Assembly (NCBI GenBank): GCA_026387115.1
Contig: JAPLMI010000128.1
Coordinates: forward strand, 1-36,399
Direction: 5' to 3'
Source: Candidatus Omnitrophota bacterium
GTDB taxonomy: Bacteria; Omnitrophota; Gorgyraeia; 2-01-FULL-45-10
Length of the DNA stretch: 36,399 nt
The notes beneath the pieces were generated by a model, which did no database searches, was not told the DNA's origin, and was given only the letters and a program-made list of their open reading frames with translations. Made by a program: the position numbers and the translations under genes. Below are positions 9,398 to 19,801 of this stretch, piece by piece; position 1 is the stretch's first letter, and each line of letters starts with the position of its first letter.

Positions 9398-10410
9398 ACG
9401 ATAAACTTATACTGGTCGGCGATTCCGATATAATTCATATCGGTTCGCATCTTCTTGATAGCGCGAAGGAACTGGGGTTAGACGTCAGATTTTGCGACGT
9501 TAAAGATGCTTTTGCCGGCCCTCGGTGGCTTTCCAGGATAAACTGGTATTTAAGGGACCATCGTCCCAACAGGCTGTGCTATTTTAGCAATATAGTGCTA
9601 AAGGTGTGTCAAGAATTTCAACCGAAATGGCTGCTTTCAGTTGGACTGGCTCCCGTTAATTCATCGGCTCTCGCGGCAATAGTGAAATTAGGCATAAAAC
9701 GCCTGAATTATCTGACCGATGACCCCTGGAATCCCGCGCACAGAGCACGCTTTTTTTTCAGCGCACTTCCTCATTATGATCGTATCTTTTCTACGAGGTT
9801 AAGCAATCTGGACGAATTGAAAAATAAGTGTCGCGGGAATGTTTCGTATCTTCCTTTCGCGTACAACCCAAATCTCCATTTTCCGCAAAAACCGGACGAG
9901 AAGGAAGGAAGGGAATATGAATGCGATGTGGCCTTTGTCGGCGGCGCGGACCGCGATAGAGTCGGTTATATTTACCGCCTGATCCATGCGGGTTTCAGGG
10001 TATCTCTCTACGGCGGCTACTGGGATAGATTTTCCGAAACAAGAAAATATGCACGCGGTCATATCGGGCCTGAAACCATGCGAAAGGCGGTCAGCGCCGC
10101 GAAAATAAATCTATGTCTTGTCAGGCGCGCCAACCAGGACGGCAACTCCATGCGCACTTTTGAAATCCCCGCAATGGGCGGATGTATGCTGGCAGAGGAT
10201 ACCGCTGAACATAAGAAAATTTTTGGCGGCGAAGGAGAAGCGGTCGCATATTTTAAGAATATTGATGAAATGATTCAAAAGGCAAGATTTTTGATCGCAA
10301 ACGAGACGGAGCGCAATCGCCTCGCCGAAAAATGCCATAACCTGATAGTCGGCGGCGGGAATACATATAAAGACAGGTTTTTGACAATACTTAAGTCGGT
10401 AGAGTCATAG
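9394..10410 (+). CDS. CgeB-like glycosyltransferase-fold protein
   Basis: DVAFVGGADRDR and a C-terminal segment (EIPAMGGCMLAED...YF) resemble the CgeB/YkvP-type Glyco_trans_1_2 domain. This was recognised from memory only. Confidence 0.5.
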   Translation: MNDKLILVGDSDIIHIGSHLLDSAKELGLDVRFCDVKDAFAGPRWLSRINWYLRDHRPNRLCYFSNIVLKVCQEFQPKWLLSVGLAPVNSSALAAIVKLGIKRLNYLTDDPWNPAHRARFFFSALPHYDRIFSTRLSNLDELKNKCRGNVSYLPFAYNPNLHFPQKPDEKEGREYECDVAFVGGADRDRVGYIYRLIHAGFRVSLYGGYWDRFSETRKYARGHIGPETMRKAVSAAKINLCLVRRANQDGNSMRTFEIPAMGGCMLAEDTAEHKKIFGGEGEAVAYFKNIDEMIQKARFLIANETERNRLAEKCHNLIVGGGNTYKDRFLTILKSVES

Positions 10411-10416
10411 ATAGAT

Positions 10417-11613
10417 ATGAATGCAAAAGTCTTAAAAATAGCTATTGTTGTTCATGGGAGGTTCGATGCTTTTGACCTTGCGCGGGAGTTAATTAAAGAA
10501 GGGCAGGATGTCAGACTTTTTACCAACTATCCCAAATGGGCCGTCAGGCATTTCGGGATTTCCGCTGAAAATATCCGCAGTTTCTGGTTTCATGGTATCC
10601 TGGCGAGGACAGCGCAGTTTTTACATGATAATATGAGATTGCCATATCCCGAGGCGTGGTTGAATGTAATGTTTGGGAGATGGGCGGCGAAAAATATTAT
10701 TAATGAACCATGGGATGTCGTTCACACATGGAGCGGAGTTTCAGAGGAAGTTTTGCTCGCGTTGCGGGGAAGTGTAGCAGCCGTAATATTATTACGCGGC
10801 TCATCACATATAAAAACGCAGGTGCGGTTATTACAGGAAGAGAAAACCAGGACCGGAGAGCAAATTGAAAAGCCGAGTAAATGGATGATAGCGCGAGAAG
10901 TTCGAGAGTATGATCTTTCAGATTATATAAGAATATTATCCAGCTTTGCCTGCCTGTCTTTTATCACAGAGGGAGTAGCAAAAGAGAAACTGCTTCTTAT
11001 TCCTTCCGGCGTTCCAGTCGGAGATTTCAAGCCTGCCTATCAAATTATTGAGGAAAGATATAAACGCATTTTAAGCGGGAGACCTCTTAAAGTATTATAC
11101 GTAGGCGCGTTATCATTCAGAAAAGGTTTACAAGATTTGAAAACTATCATTGATGAGCCGAAAACCGGAAAATTTCAATTTCGTTTTGTAGGGACCATTT
11201 TGAAAGAATCGATCCACAAACACTTAAAATCCGAGGGTAATATTGAATATGTAGTCAAACAACCTCAGTATAAATTGCCGAAGCAGTATGCCTGGGCAGA
11301 TCTTTTTATATTTCCGACAATTGAAGACGGCTACGCTGCGGTAATGGCCCAAGCGCAAGCCTCCGGCCTGCCGATTATTACCACAACAAATTGCTCCGGG
11401 CCGGATATTATTACGGAAGGGAAGACAGGATGGGTATTACCGATACGCGCCCCCGGTGCTTTTATAGACAAACTATTATGGTGCGATTCGCACAGGAACG
11501 AGTTGGCCGAAATGGTAAAAAACATTTATGAAAATCATAAGCCGAAAGATTGGAATGACGTGGCCAAAAATTTCATCGATATTTGTGCAGATCTAAAGGA
11601 AAAACATAAATGA
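10417..11613 (+). CDS. GT4-like glycosyltransferase
   Basis: It has a C-terminal GT-B motif (EDGYAAVMAQAQASGLPIITTTNCSGPDIITEGKTG) and the GALSFRKGLQDL segment. Confidence 0.75.
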   Translation: MNAKVLKIAIVVHGRFDAFDLARELIKEGQDVRLFTNYPKWAVRHFGISAENIRSFWFHGILARTAQFLHDNMRLPYPEAWLNVMFGRWAAKNIINEPWDVVHTWSGVSEEVLLALRGSVAAVILLRGSSHIKTQVRLLQEEKTRTGEQIEKPSKWMIAREVREYDLSDYIRILSSFACLSFITEGVAKEKLLLIPSGVPVGDFKPAYQIIEERYKRILSGRPLKVLYVGALSFRKGLQDLKTIIDEPKTGKFQFRFVGTILKESIHKHLKSEGNIEYVVKQPQYKLPKQYAWADLFIFPTIEDGYAAVMAQAQASGLPIITTTNCSGPDIITEGKTGWVLPIRAPGAFIDKLLWCDSHRNELAEMVKNIYENHKPKDWNDVAKNFIDICADLKEKHK

Positions 11614-13085
11614 AGATACGATTATCCGGGACAATGAATACCGGGGGGGGCGCAGCCTTGTTCATCCTGTTATGCCATGTGGGGCTTGCCGCATTTTTTT
11701 ATTCAACGGCTCTGTATTATAGCTTTAAACCCTATTATTGGGCTGCGGGGCTTGCATTAGCGGCTTCTATACCATATGCGTGGGCCGCGATAAGCGGCAG
11801 GTTCATACCTTATGAGGGCCACTATATTTTCCTGGCCAGCCTCTTACTAGGCTTTACGGCCTATCTCTTTTTGCCGCTTGAAAAAATAGATATGAATCCC
11901 GCGTCATTGAATTACGCCATGAAATTAGCCTGCAGCGGGGCCCTGGTATTTTTACTGGGGTACTATACAATCTTTGGGAAAGCGGCAGCCCAGGCCCTGC
12001 CCTTAAGGCGTTTTGTGATCGCCGACCCATTATTATCGAAAATTCCTTTAAAACTTTATTTTATCGGATGGTTTCTTCGTATGATACCGCGTTTATCGGA
12101 ATTTGGAATTTCCATTCTTGAAAAAATCGGGATTTTCGGGCTGCCCTTAAAACTGCTGAATAAAATGCAGGGTTGGGAAATAACAAATATGCTTACGTCA
12201 TACGGAATATGCGCGGCGCTTATGATAGATACCTATTTGTGCCTGTCAGTTCATGGGCCCGGATCGAGGGCCTCAAGAACTATCGCGCTTGCAAGACTGT
12301 CGATTTTCTTACTGATAGAAATATTTTATAGTTTTTTGGGAGGGATGGCCGGCAACGTTATACGGCCGCTGATATTCATATTGCTGGCATATATGAAAGC
12401 GAAAAGGAGAATCCCGCTGGTTCCTGTCGTACTGATAGCGGTTTTTTTTATATTCTATGTAGTGCCCTTTATAAAAGTTTTCAGAGAGCAGTATTGGTAT
12501 GGCGCCGACGCCAAAACCTCAATAAATTACGCGCAAGAATTATTATCGGATAATAATAAGCGCTTAACCAAGCGGGATGAGACGCTTAAGAGGCTTTCGA
12601 ATCCGCTGGAGATGACAGTTATATGTTACGAAATAAGGAAAGAAGGACGCGAGATATCCAGTTATCATCGGGATCTATCCGGATATTTTTCGCGGTTTGT
12701 GCCGCGATTCCTTTGGCCGAATAAGCTGAGCATAGATTATAATGCGATAGGTAGAGAGATAGGGCTTCTTCATGCTGATGATTACAGCACTTCTATAGGG
12801 CTGACATTTATCGGGGGCCTTATCATGGACAACGGAACCTTCGGCGTAATAACAGGCATGTTTTTGCTGGGCATATTAATAAGCATGGCGTGGCAATGGC
12901 TTGTGATCCGCTCAGATGAGAACATGTTCGCGTTTACGGTTTACTCAATTTTAATTTATCGTTTCGTCTTTCCGGAAGATTTTTACGGTATACTGCACTC
13001 TTCGGCCGCTTTTATAATTTACGCCTACTTTCTATCGGCTTTTGTTAACAGAGGTTATTATAAACGTGTTAACCCGGCAACCTGA
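11610..13085 (+). CDS. Polytopic membrane protein, probable Wzy-type repeat-unit polymerase
   Basis: By eye there are about 10-12 hydrophobic helices plus one large hydrophilic loop (aa about 290-370). It lies within a Wzy/Wza/Wzc-type locus. No diagnostic motif was seen, so the function is inferred from context. It contains a G8 tract at 11643-11650. Confidence 0.5.
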   Translation: MKIRLSGTMNTGGGAALFILLCHVGLAAFFYSTALYYSFKPYYWAAGLALAASIPYAWAAISGRFIPYEGHYIFLASLLLGFTAYLFLPLEKIDMNPASLNYAMKLACSGALVFLLGYYTIFGKAAAQALPLRRFVIADPLLSKIPLKLYFIGWFLRMIPRLSEFGISILEKIGIFGLPLKLLNKMQGWEITNMLTSYGICAALMIDTYLCLSVHGPGSRASRTIALARLSIFLLIEIFYSFLGGMAGNVIRPLIFILLAYMKAKRRIPLVPVVLIAVFFIFYVVPFIKVFREQYWYGADAKTSINYAQELLSDNNKRLTKRDETLKRLSNPLEMTVICYEIRKEGREISSYHRDLSGYFSRFVPRFLWPNKLSIDYNAIGREIGLLHADDYSTSIGLTFIGGLIMDNGTFGVITGMFLLGILISMAWQWLVIRSDENMFAFTVYSILIYRFVFPEDFYGILHSSAAFIIYAYFLSAFVNRGYYKRVNPAT

Positions 13086-14214
13086 TACGCAGAAAGCGCT
13101 GATTCTTTTTGTCGATCTTTTTAATATCGGCGGAATACAGAAATATAATAAACACCTGTGCGATGCCCTTGCGTCTGAATTCAGCCATATCGGATTTACC
13201 GGAATATCACTTTACGATTTGCGAAGCAACGAAGACGGCTATAAGTGGCCAAATATTAAAATCAGCATCTCTGCAAAAGTTAAAATAAGGCCTATCCAGA
13301 AAATAGTCTTTATAGCCAAAGCCATTCTGGCAGTCGTTAAAGAAAAGCCCCGGTTTTTAATATGCTGCCACGTTGACATAGCGCCTCTGGCTTTATTTTT
13401 GAAAAGATTTTTTTATTTAAAATATGCCGTTTTAACCCACGGGACAGACGTGTGGTATTTGAGAAAAGGCATCAAGCTTGAGGCGCTTAAAAATGCCGAT
13501 ACCATCATAACGGTAAGCGCGCATACCAAAAATAAACTGGTCGCAAATGGTATTTTTGCATATAAGATCGAACTATTGAAAGACACGATAGATACATCGT
13601 TTTTCCACCCCAAGCCGATCAATAATAAACTCGTGACCAGCTTGGGCCTCGAAAATAAATATACTTTATTAACGGTCGGGAGGATACGTTCCGACGAGAA
13701 ATATAAGGGGCACGATGTCATGATCAGCGTCGTGGAGAAGTTGGGCAGTGAATATATATGGCTGGTAATCGGCGCCGGGGCCGATTACCCAAGACTTAAA
13801 TCAAAAGCCGAAAAGCTCGGCATTATTGGTAAAACCAGATTTCTAGGAAATGTGACAAGAGAGGATTTGGTTGACTATTACAATCTGTGCGACTGTTTTG
13901 TGATGCCGAGTAAGGGGGAAGGCTTTGGAATAGTATTTTTGGAGGCCTTGGCCTGTGGGAAGCCGGTTATAGCCGGAGATAAAGACGGAAGCCTTGAGCC
14001 CCTGATGAATGGAAAACTGGGTTTTGCAGTCGACCCCGACAATTTAGATGAAATAATAAAAGCAGTACATCTAGCCTGTAGCGTAAAAAAAGACACAGAC
14101 CATGTTCAGCGCGATATAAAAGAAGTCGAAACAAATTTCGGAATAACGGCTTTTAATAAAAGAGTAAAAGAAATTTTTTCCGGAGAGCTCAAGTGCGGGA
14201 AAACAAAGCGTTAA
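13042..14214 (+). CDS. GT4-family glycosyltransferase
   Basis: It has a C-terminal motif (SKGEGFGIVFLEALACGKPVIAGDKDGSLEPL) and GRIRSDEKYKGHD. The start is TTG 13042 or GTG 13066; both overlap the upstream gene. Confidence 0.85.
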   Translation: MLTEVIINVLTRQPDTQKALILFVDLFNIGGIQKYNKHLCDALASEFSHIGFTGISLYDLRSNEDGYKWPNIKISISAKVKIRPIQKIVFIAKAILAVVKEKPRFLICCHVDIAPLALFLKRFFYLKYAVLTHGTDVWYLRKGIKLEALKNADTIITVSAHTKNKLVANGIFAYKIELLKDTIDTSFFHPKPINNKLVTSLGLENKYTLLTVGRIRSDEKYKGHDVMISVVEKLGSEYIWLVIGAGADYPRLKSKAEKLGIIGKTRFLGNVTREDLVDYYNLCDCFVMPSKGEGFGIVFLEALACGKPVIAGDKDGSLEPLMNGKLGFAVDPDNLDEIIKAVHLACSVKKDTDHVQRDIKEVETNFGITAFNKRVKEIFSGELKCGKTKR

Positions 14215-15362
14215 AGCATATGCTTTTCGGTATTTTAACGATAATTACCGCGATATTTTTCTTTCTCATGATTTCTGAAATCGGTATCCGGTTGTTTCTG
14301 CCCGAACATCTATGGAAATTCAGGGATTTCGGAAATGAATGGCAACTTGACGCGCGGCTTGGCTGGAGTCAAAAACCAAACCTGGACATAATAACCAGGT
14401 CGGATTTCGGCAGCGTGATCCGGTTTAGAACCAATGAGGACGGATTAACGCCATACACGGTCAAAAGACAAAAGACGGCAGGCGTGATAAGGATAATGAT
14501 TTTCGGCGATTCATTTGTGGTCGGCCGGGAGATCCCGTCGGATAAAACCGTTAATGCCGATTTGGAGCGTATCCTTATTTCCGACAAAATTCCGGCGGAA
14601 GTCATAAACGCGGGTGTCCAGGGATATTCCACAGATCAGGTATTGTTAGCGATGGAAAAGTTCGTACCCGCTTACAAGCCGGATATCGTTATGTATGGAC
14701 TTTGCTCGAACGATTTCGGGGGAAATATGCTGGAAGAGTCATATGGTATACCCAAGCCGGTGTTTAGTCTAAAAAATGATAATCATTTAGAAGCGCATTT
14801 TCCTGTTTTTCAAAATAATAGAAGTATAGGCATCGAAAAAAAACCGCAGAGTTGGCTGCAATACTCCGCATTGTATCGGTTATTACAACCACAAATTTTT
14901 TACATTAGAGCAAAATTCATGAAATGGGATGAGTGGAATACAGTCGGGTTTTGCGATGACTTCTATTACGATCCAGAAGCTGTAAAAAAGATCGACAAAA
15001 AGTTATTTGTAGCGATGCTTCAAAAGATGAAGAAAATTTCTGAGGATAATGAGGCGAACATCGTCTTTTATTTACAACCTCATTTGGGAGAGGTATGGGA
15101 ACCTCATATAAAGTTTATAGAAAAGAAATTTCGCTTAAAGAGCGGCCAATACGATCGCTATGCTCTGCAAAAATTTTTGTCAAAAATCGCGGAAAAGAGT
15201 TCAATGCCATTCTGCTCTATGATAGATTTTTTTGTTGCGCATCAGTCCCGCGGCCCTTTTCATATGTTGCCGCGCGATCAGCATCCTAATGCGGCAGGCT
15301 ATGAAATGGTCTCGGAAGCGCTCGCCAAATTTTTATCGGACGAGGGCTTATTAAAAAGATGA
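14193..15362 (+). CDS. SGNH/GDSL-type hydrolase with N-terminal membrane anchor
   Basis: It has a block I GDS motif (IMIFGDSFVVG), an N-terminal TM helix (MLFGILTIITAIFFFLMI) and a C-terminal D..H-like region (RDQHPN). The start is GTG 14193 or ATG 14220. Confidence 0.6.
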   Translation: MRENKALKHMLFGILTIITAIFFFLMISEIGIRLFLPEHLWKFRDFGNEWQLDARLGWSQKPNLDIITRSDFGSVIRFRTNEDGLTPYTVKRQKTAGVIRIMIFGDSFVVGREIPSDKTVNADLERILISDKIPAEVINAGVQGYSTDQVLLAMEKFVPAYKPDIVMYGLCSNDFGGNMLEESYGIPKPVFSLKNDNHLEAHFPVFQNNRSIGIEKKPQSWLQYSALYRLLQPQIFYIRAKFMKWDEWNTVGFCDDFYYDPEAVKKIDKKLFVAMLQKMKKISEDNEANIVFYLQPHLGEVWEPHIKFIEKKFRLKSGQYDRYALQKFLSKIAEKSSMPFCSMIDFFVAHQSRGPFHMLPRDQHPNAAGYEMVSEALAKFLSDEGLLKR

Positions 15363-16531
15363 AGATATTGCATGTCAGCCCAAGCTATTTGCCGGCATAT
15401 ACTTTTGGAGGCTCAGTAAAGGCGGTTCATGAGCTCTGCCGCGGCCTTGCCGGTAATGATATGGACGTTTCGGTGTATACGACTGATATAGGACTTGAAG
15501 AAAATAAAATTCAGCTTTGCGCGCCTCAAAACATCGACGGAGTAAAAGTTACCTATTTTCCGATATCGTTTCCCAGATCATATTGCTATTCCAGGCAATT
15601 TACCGAAGCGGTTATAAAAAATATAAAGCGATTTGATATTGTGCATATTCATTCGGTATATCGCTATACTACCTTTATAACAGCCCGCCTCTGTAAAAAA
15701 TACGGTAAGCCGTATTTGCTAAACCCATTTGGCGCTCTAGATCAGTCAATGATAAAGCTTAAAAGCAGCATAAAGAAGGCAATATATATCAGTATCGTCG
15801 AGAAATCTAATATCAAAAATGCGAAAGCTGTGCATGTCGCTTCCGAATACGAAAGAGAAGCTTTGTTATCCATGGGGTTTGACAATCCTACCGTTATAAT
15901 TCCTCCATCCCTGAGTCTTGAAGATTACTTAAATGATCATGGCTCCGTAAGCTTGAGAGAGAAGTATCCTGACTTGTTAAACAAGAAGATAATTCTTTTT
16001 CTTGGAAGGATCCATCCTAAGAAGGGCCTTGATACGCTGGCGGAAGCTTTTAAGAAAATATGCGATAAAAGGAACGATGTATATCTGGTGATAGCCGGCA
16101 CGGGAGAGGAATCATACGTTAATCTGGTAAAATCCAATTTTAAAAAGCCTGGAATAGGAAACAGGGTTATCTTTACAGGCATGCTTCTCGGCCGGGATAA
16201 ATCATTCGCCTTTTATACTAGTGATCTTTTTATCCTACCCTCTTACGGGGAAAATTTCGGGATAGCCGCCTTAGAAGCGATGGCTTGCGGCCTACCGGTT
16301 ATCGTTACGAATAAAGTAGGTCTTTTCCCGGACATAAAAGAGTATGGTTCGGGTATTGTTACAACTTGCAATGCGGGGCAGGTCGCGGAGGCTATATTAA
16401 AGCTTTTAGATAATGAGGCATTAAGAAAAACTATGGGCCAGAGCGGGAGAAAGCTTGTCGAGGATAGATTTACAAATGACCGGATCGCAGATAAAGTTGT
16501 GAACATTTATCGGGAGGTATTAAAAAAATGA
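15359..16531 (+). CDS. GT4-family glycosyltransferase
   Basis: The N-terminus has GGSVKAVHEL. The C-terminus has SYGENFGIAALEAMACGLPVIVTNKVG and GRIHPKKGLDTL. The start shows an ATGA overlap. Confidence 0.85.
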   Translation: MKILHVSPSYLPAYTFGGSVKAVHELCRGLAGNDMDVSVYTTDIGLEENKIQLCAPQNIDGVKVTYFPISFPRSYCYSRQFTEAVIKNIKRFDIVHIHSVYRYTTFITARLCKKYGKPYLLNPFGALDQSMIKLKSSIKKAIYISIVEKSNIKNAKAVHVASEYEREALLSMGFDNPTVIIPPSLSLEDYLNDHGSVSLREKYPDLLNKKIILFLGRIHPKKGLDTLAEAFKKICDKRNDVYLVIAGTGEESYVNLVKSNFKKPGIGNRVIFTGMLLGRDKSFAFYTSDLFILPSYGENFGIAALEAMACGLPVIVTNKVGLFPDIKEYGSGIVTTCNAGQVAEAILKLLDNEALRKTMGQSGRKLVEDRFTNDRIADKVVNIYREVLKK

Positions 16532-17352
16532 AGCTGCCGATCTCTACAATCATCATCACACATAACGAAGAGAAAAATGTTAAAGCCTGCCTTGACAGTG
16601 TGGCAGGCTGGGCCGACGAAATTTTGGTTATAGACTCCGGGAGCACGGACTCTACGCGTGAAATCGCGCATCTTTATACCGATAAAATATACGAGCATCC
16701 TTTCGAAAATTACGCAAGACAGAGAAGCTGGGCTCAAAACTCACTGCCCATAAGAAATGAGTGGGTTTTTCACCTGGACGCGGATGAACAGGTGAGTCCG
16801 GAGCTGCTTTCAGAGTTCTGTGAAACCTTCCGCTATGGCCCCAGGGTCGACGGTTACATGATGCCGAGAAAGACTATCTTCAGGGGGCGATGGATAAAAC
16901 ACGGCGGCCATTATCCGTCCTATCATCTGCGCCTTTTCAAAAAAGACAAAGGAGGAAGCGAAGAAAGATTTTATGACCAGCATTATATCGTAAACGGCCG
17001 GACCGCGATGTTGAAAGGCGATATAGTTAATACGGTAACGCCGGATATTAAGGCCTTGATCGCGAAGTGTAAAGTAGTATTGGAAGCCCGCGAAATTCTT
17101 TATAATGACAAGAGGACACTCAATATCAAATTGAACGGCACCCCGATAGAAAGGATGAATTGGCTGAGGTATAAAATTTATTACAGGGCGCCTTTATTCA
17201 TAAGGCCGATCCTCTATTTTCTCTATCGCTATTTTTTAAGACTGGGTTTCATGGACGGGGAAAAGGGCCTAATTTTTCATTTTTACCAGGGTTTTCTATT
17301 AAGATTTCTGATAGACATGGAGATAATGAAGCTAAAAACACTAAAAAAATGA
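16528..17352 (+). CDS. Family-2 glycosyltransferase
   Basis: It reads ISTIIITHNEEKNVKACLDSV...ILVIDSGSTDST and HLDADE (DxD). The start shows an ATGA overlap. Confidence 0.8.
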   Translation: MKLPISTIIITHNEEKNVKACLDSVAGWADEILVIDSGSTDSTREIAHLYTDKIYEHPFENYARQRSWAQNSLPIRNEWVFHLDADEQVSPELLSEFCETFRYGPRVDGYMMPRKTIFRGRWIKHGGHYPSYHLRLFKKDKGGSEERFYDQHYIVNGRTAMLKGDIVNTVTPDIKALIAKCKVVLEAREILYNDKRTLNIKLNGTPIERMNWLRYKIYYRAPLFIRPILYFLYRYFLRLGFMDGEKGLIFHFYQGFLLRFLIDMEIMKLKTLKK

Positions 17353-18074
17353 AAATCGTTCTTTTTTTCAAAAGGCTTTTCTTCCCGGGCCTGGATCTGC
17401 ATACAAGATGCCGATATAGATTTCTGCCGCGCTATTTTCGAACAGGGCCCATTTATACATTGGACGCAGGATGCGGGAACGGAGCGCTACCATACGCTGC
17501 CTATAAGCGCGGCAATTTTGTCTTGGGGATCACGAAGAATCCCGAAGAGGTCCGCAAGGCCAGCGCATTGTTTTCCGCTCAATGCGTTGATTCGCGGCGT
17601 TTGCATTTCAAAGTATTAGATCTCTATGACCTGTCAGAACTCGGCCATAGGTTTGATCAGATTATTTGCAGCGAAACGTTAGAGCATATTAAGCGGGACG
17701 ATATCATAATTAAGCATTTTTATGATTTACTGAGACCCGGCGGTATGCTGCATCTTTGCTGTCCTTATGCAAAACATCCAGCGCACCACATCAATAGAAT
17801 TGATCAGCCGGAAAATGGAGGGCATGTACGAGATGGGTATACGCTCGATGCCTATAAATCTCTTCTGGAGCCTATAGGATTTAAAATCATACACTCAACC
17901 GGTCTCGGATCGCCACTCTTGGTTTATCTCGACAATATCATCAGATGGATAAGGAATACAAGAGGAGGAGACATAGCTGCGCTGCTGCCATTCCTCCTTA
18001 CTCTTCCTCTACAAAGGCTGGATTTTCCCGATCCACCGGTTCCATTCAGCCTATATGTGCAAGCCATAAAATGA
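17349..18074 (+). CDS. Class I SAM-dependent methyltransferase
   Basis: It has motif I (TLDAGCGNG) and the downstream segments ICSETLEHI and GGMLHL. Confidence 0.8.
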   Translation: MKIVLFFKRLFFPGLDLHTRCRYRFLPRYFRTGPIYTLDAGCGNGALPYAAYKRGNFVLGITKNPEEVRKASALFSAQCVDSRRLHFKVLDLYDLSELGHRFDQIICSETLEHIKRDDIIIKHFYDLLRPGGMLHLCCPYAKHPAHHINRIDQPENGGHVRDGYTLDAYKSLLEPIGFKIIHSTGLGSPLLVYLDNIIRWIRNTRGGDIAALLPFLLTLPLQRLDFPDPPVPFSLYVQAIK

Positions 18075-19801
18075 TAATACTCGGAATTAATTCATATCAT
18101 CCGGACTCGTCGGCCGCTTTGGTTGCCGACGGAAAACTTATCGCGGCAGTCGAGGAGGAAAGGTTTGTCCGCGTCAAGCACTTTGCGGGTTTTCCCGCCG
18201 AATCCATAAAGTATTGCTTAAAAGAAGCGGGCCTTTCTATAAAAGACGTGGATTATATAGCCATTCCGCGCAAGCCGTGCGCCAGAATATTTAAAAAAAT
18301 GATCTACGGCCTGAAAATCCCCAAGCTTGCTAAAAAAAGGGCTGCCGGTTGGCGTAAGACATTCGATGTGAAGACAGAACTCTCACGAGCGCTGGATACA
18401 GGCGTTAAGGATATAAGAGCAAAGATTATAAAAGTGGAGCACCACAGGGCCCACCTTGCGTCTTCCTTCTTTGTGTCCGGGTTTGACGACGCATTCCTCC
18501 TTTCAATGGATGCGCTGGGCGATTTTGCCTCGACGATGTGGGGCCTCGGCCGTGGGAATAAGATAAAAGTTTTGCAGGAGATCGACTTTCCCCATTCTCT
18601 GGGTTTATATTATACCGCCGTAACGCAATATCTCGGTTTTACGAATTTCGGGGATGAATATAAGATTATGGGGCTCAGCTCCCACGGCGAACCGTCGTTC
18701 GAAGATGAATTTAAAAATATCTTAAAGATAAAAAATAATGGGTTCGAAATAGGCCTCGGATACTTTCTCCATCACAAAAAATATATAAGCATGGATTTCG
18801 AAGGCGGATATCCCAGGGTCGATACGATCTTTTCGCCGTATCTTGAAAAAAGGCTGGGTAGACGCCGGCTCGCCGGCGAGCCTTTGGAAAAAAGGCATAA
18901 GGATATAGCGGCGAGCCTGCAAAAAAGGCTGGAGGAAGTCATCTTACATATACTGGGTTCCAATAAGACAAAAACTTCCAATCTTTGTCTTGCCGGAGGA
19001 GTGGCTTTTAATTGCGCGGCAAATGGTAAGATATTTGACGAAGGCTTGTTCAAAAATATATTTGTGCCTCCGGCTGCTGGAGACGCCGGCCTTGCCATAG
19101 GAGCCGCTTTTTATTTACTGAATAACGTAAAAAATAAACCGAGAGAATTTATTATGAATCACGCTTGCTGGGGGCCGGGGTTTAAGGGAGATGAAATCGA
19201 GAGAGCATTCGAAAAAAATAAAGGCGAGTTTATAAAAACAGGATGTGTCGTCGAAAAGATAGAGGATGAAGGCCTCCTTTGCGAGAAACTAGCGCGATAT
19301 ATCGCAGACGGAAAGATCGCGGGATGGTTTCAGGGGAGAATGGAATTCGGCCCAAGGGCGCTCGGGAACCGCAGCATACTTGCCGATCCAAGAAGGCCGG
19401 AGATGAAAGATATTTTAAATAACAGAATAAAACATCGGGAGTCTTTCAGGCCTTTTGCCCCGTCCATCCTCGAAGAAAATTTAAACGAATTTTTCGATAC
19501 TGCGCAGCCGTCGCCGTTCATGAATTCTGTCTATAAGGTAAAAAACGGAAAACGCGATATTATACCCGCCGTTATTCATGTGGACGGGACCGCGCGCGTT
19601 CAGACAGTAAATAAGGATTCAAATCGCCGGTACTGGAAATTGATAAATGCTTTTAAGCGTGTGGCGGGGGTCCCTGCTTTACTAAACACCTCTTTTAATG
19701 ACAATGAGCCGATCATATGCCGTCCGGAAGAAGCGATGGATTGTTTTTTGAGAACGCGAATGGACATTTTAGCGCTGGAGAATTACTTAATCCGTAAATG
19801 A
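18071..19801 (+). CDS. NodU/CmcH-family carbamoyltransferase
   Basis: The N-terminus (MIILGINSYHPDSSAALVADGKLIAAVEEERF.R.KH) and the C-terminal half (GRMEFGPRALGNRSILADPR...FRPFAPS...DGTARVQTV...NTSFN) are the hallmark motifs. ATG 18071 overlaps the upstream stop (ATGA); the ORF-track extension to 17945 lies inside the previous gene. Confidence 0.9.
   Translation: MIILGINSYHPDSSAALVADGKLIAAVEEERFVRVKHFAGFPAESIKYCLKEAGLSIKDVDYIAIPRKPCARIFKKMIYGLKIPKLAKKRAAGWRKTFDVKTELSRALDTGVKDIRAKIIKVEHHRAHLASSFFVSGFDDAFLLSMDALGDFASTMWGLGRGNKIKVLQEIDFPHSLGLYYTAVTQYLGFTNFGDEYKIMGLSSHGEPSFEDEFKNILKIKNNGFEIGLGYFLHHKKYISMDFEGGYPRVDTIFSPYLEKRLGRRRLAGEPLEKRHKDIAASLQKRLEEVILHILGSNKTKTSNLCLAGGVAFNCAANGKIFDEGLFKNIFVPPAAGDAGLAIGAAFYLLNNVKNKPREFIMNHACWGPGFKGDEIERAFEKNKGEFIKTGCVVEKIEDEGLLCEKLARYIADGKIAGWFQGRMEFGPRALGNRSILADPRRPEMKDILNNRIKHRESFRPFAPSILEENLNEFFDTAQPSPFMNSVYKVKNGKRDIIPAVIHVDGTARVQTVNKDSNRRYWKLINAFKRVAGVPALLNTSFNDNEPIICRPEEAMDCFLRTRMDILALENYLIRK

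Noticed and set aside
17945-18070. N-terminal 42-codon extension of the carbamoyltransferase in the ORF track
   Set aside because: The extension lies inside the preceding methyltransferase gene. The family N-terminus (MIILGINSYH) begins at ATG 18071, which forms an ATGA overlap like the other junctions.
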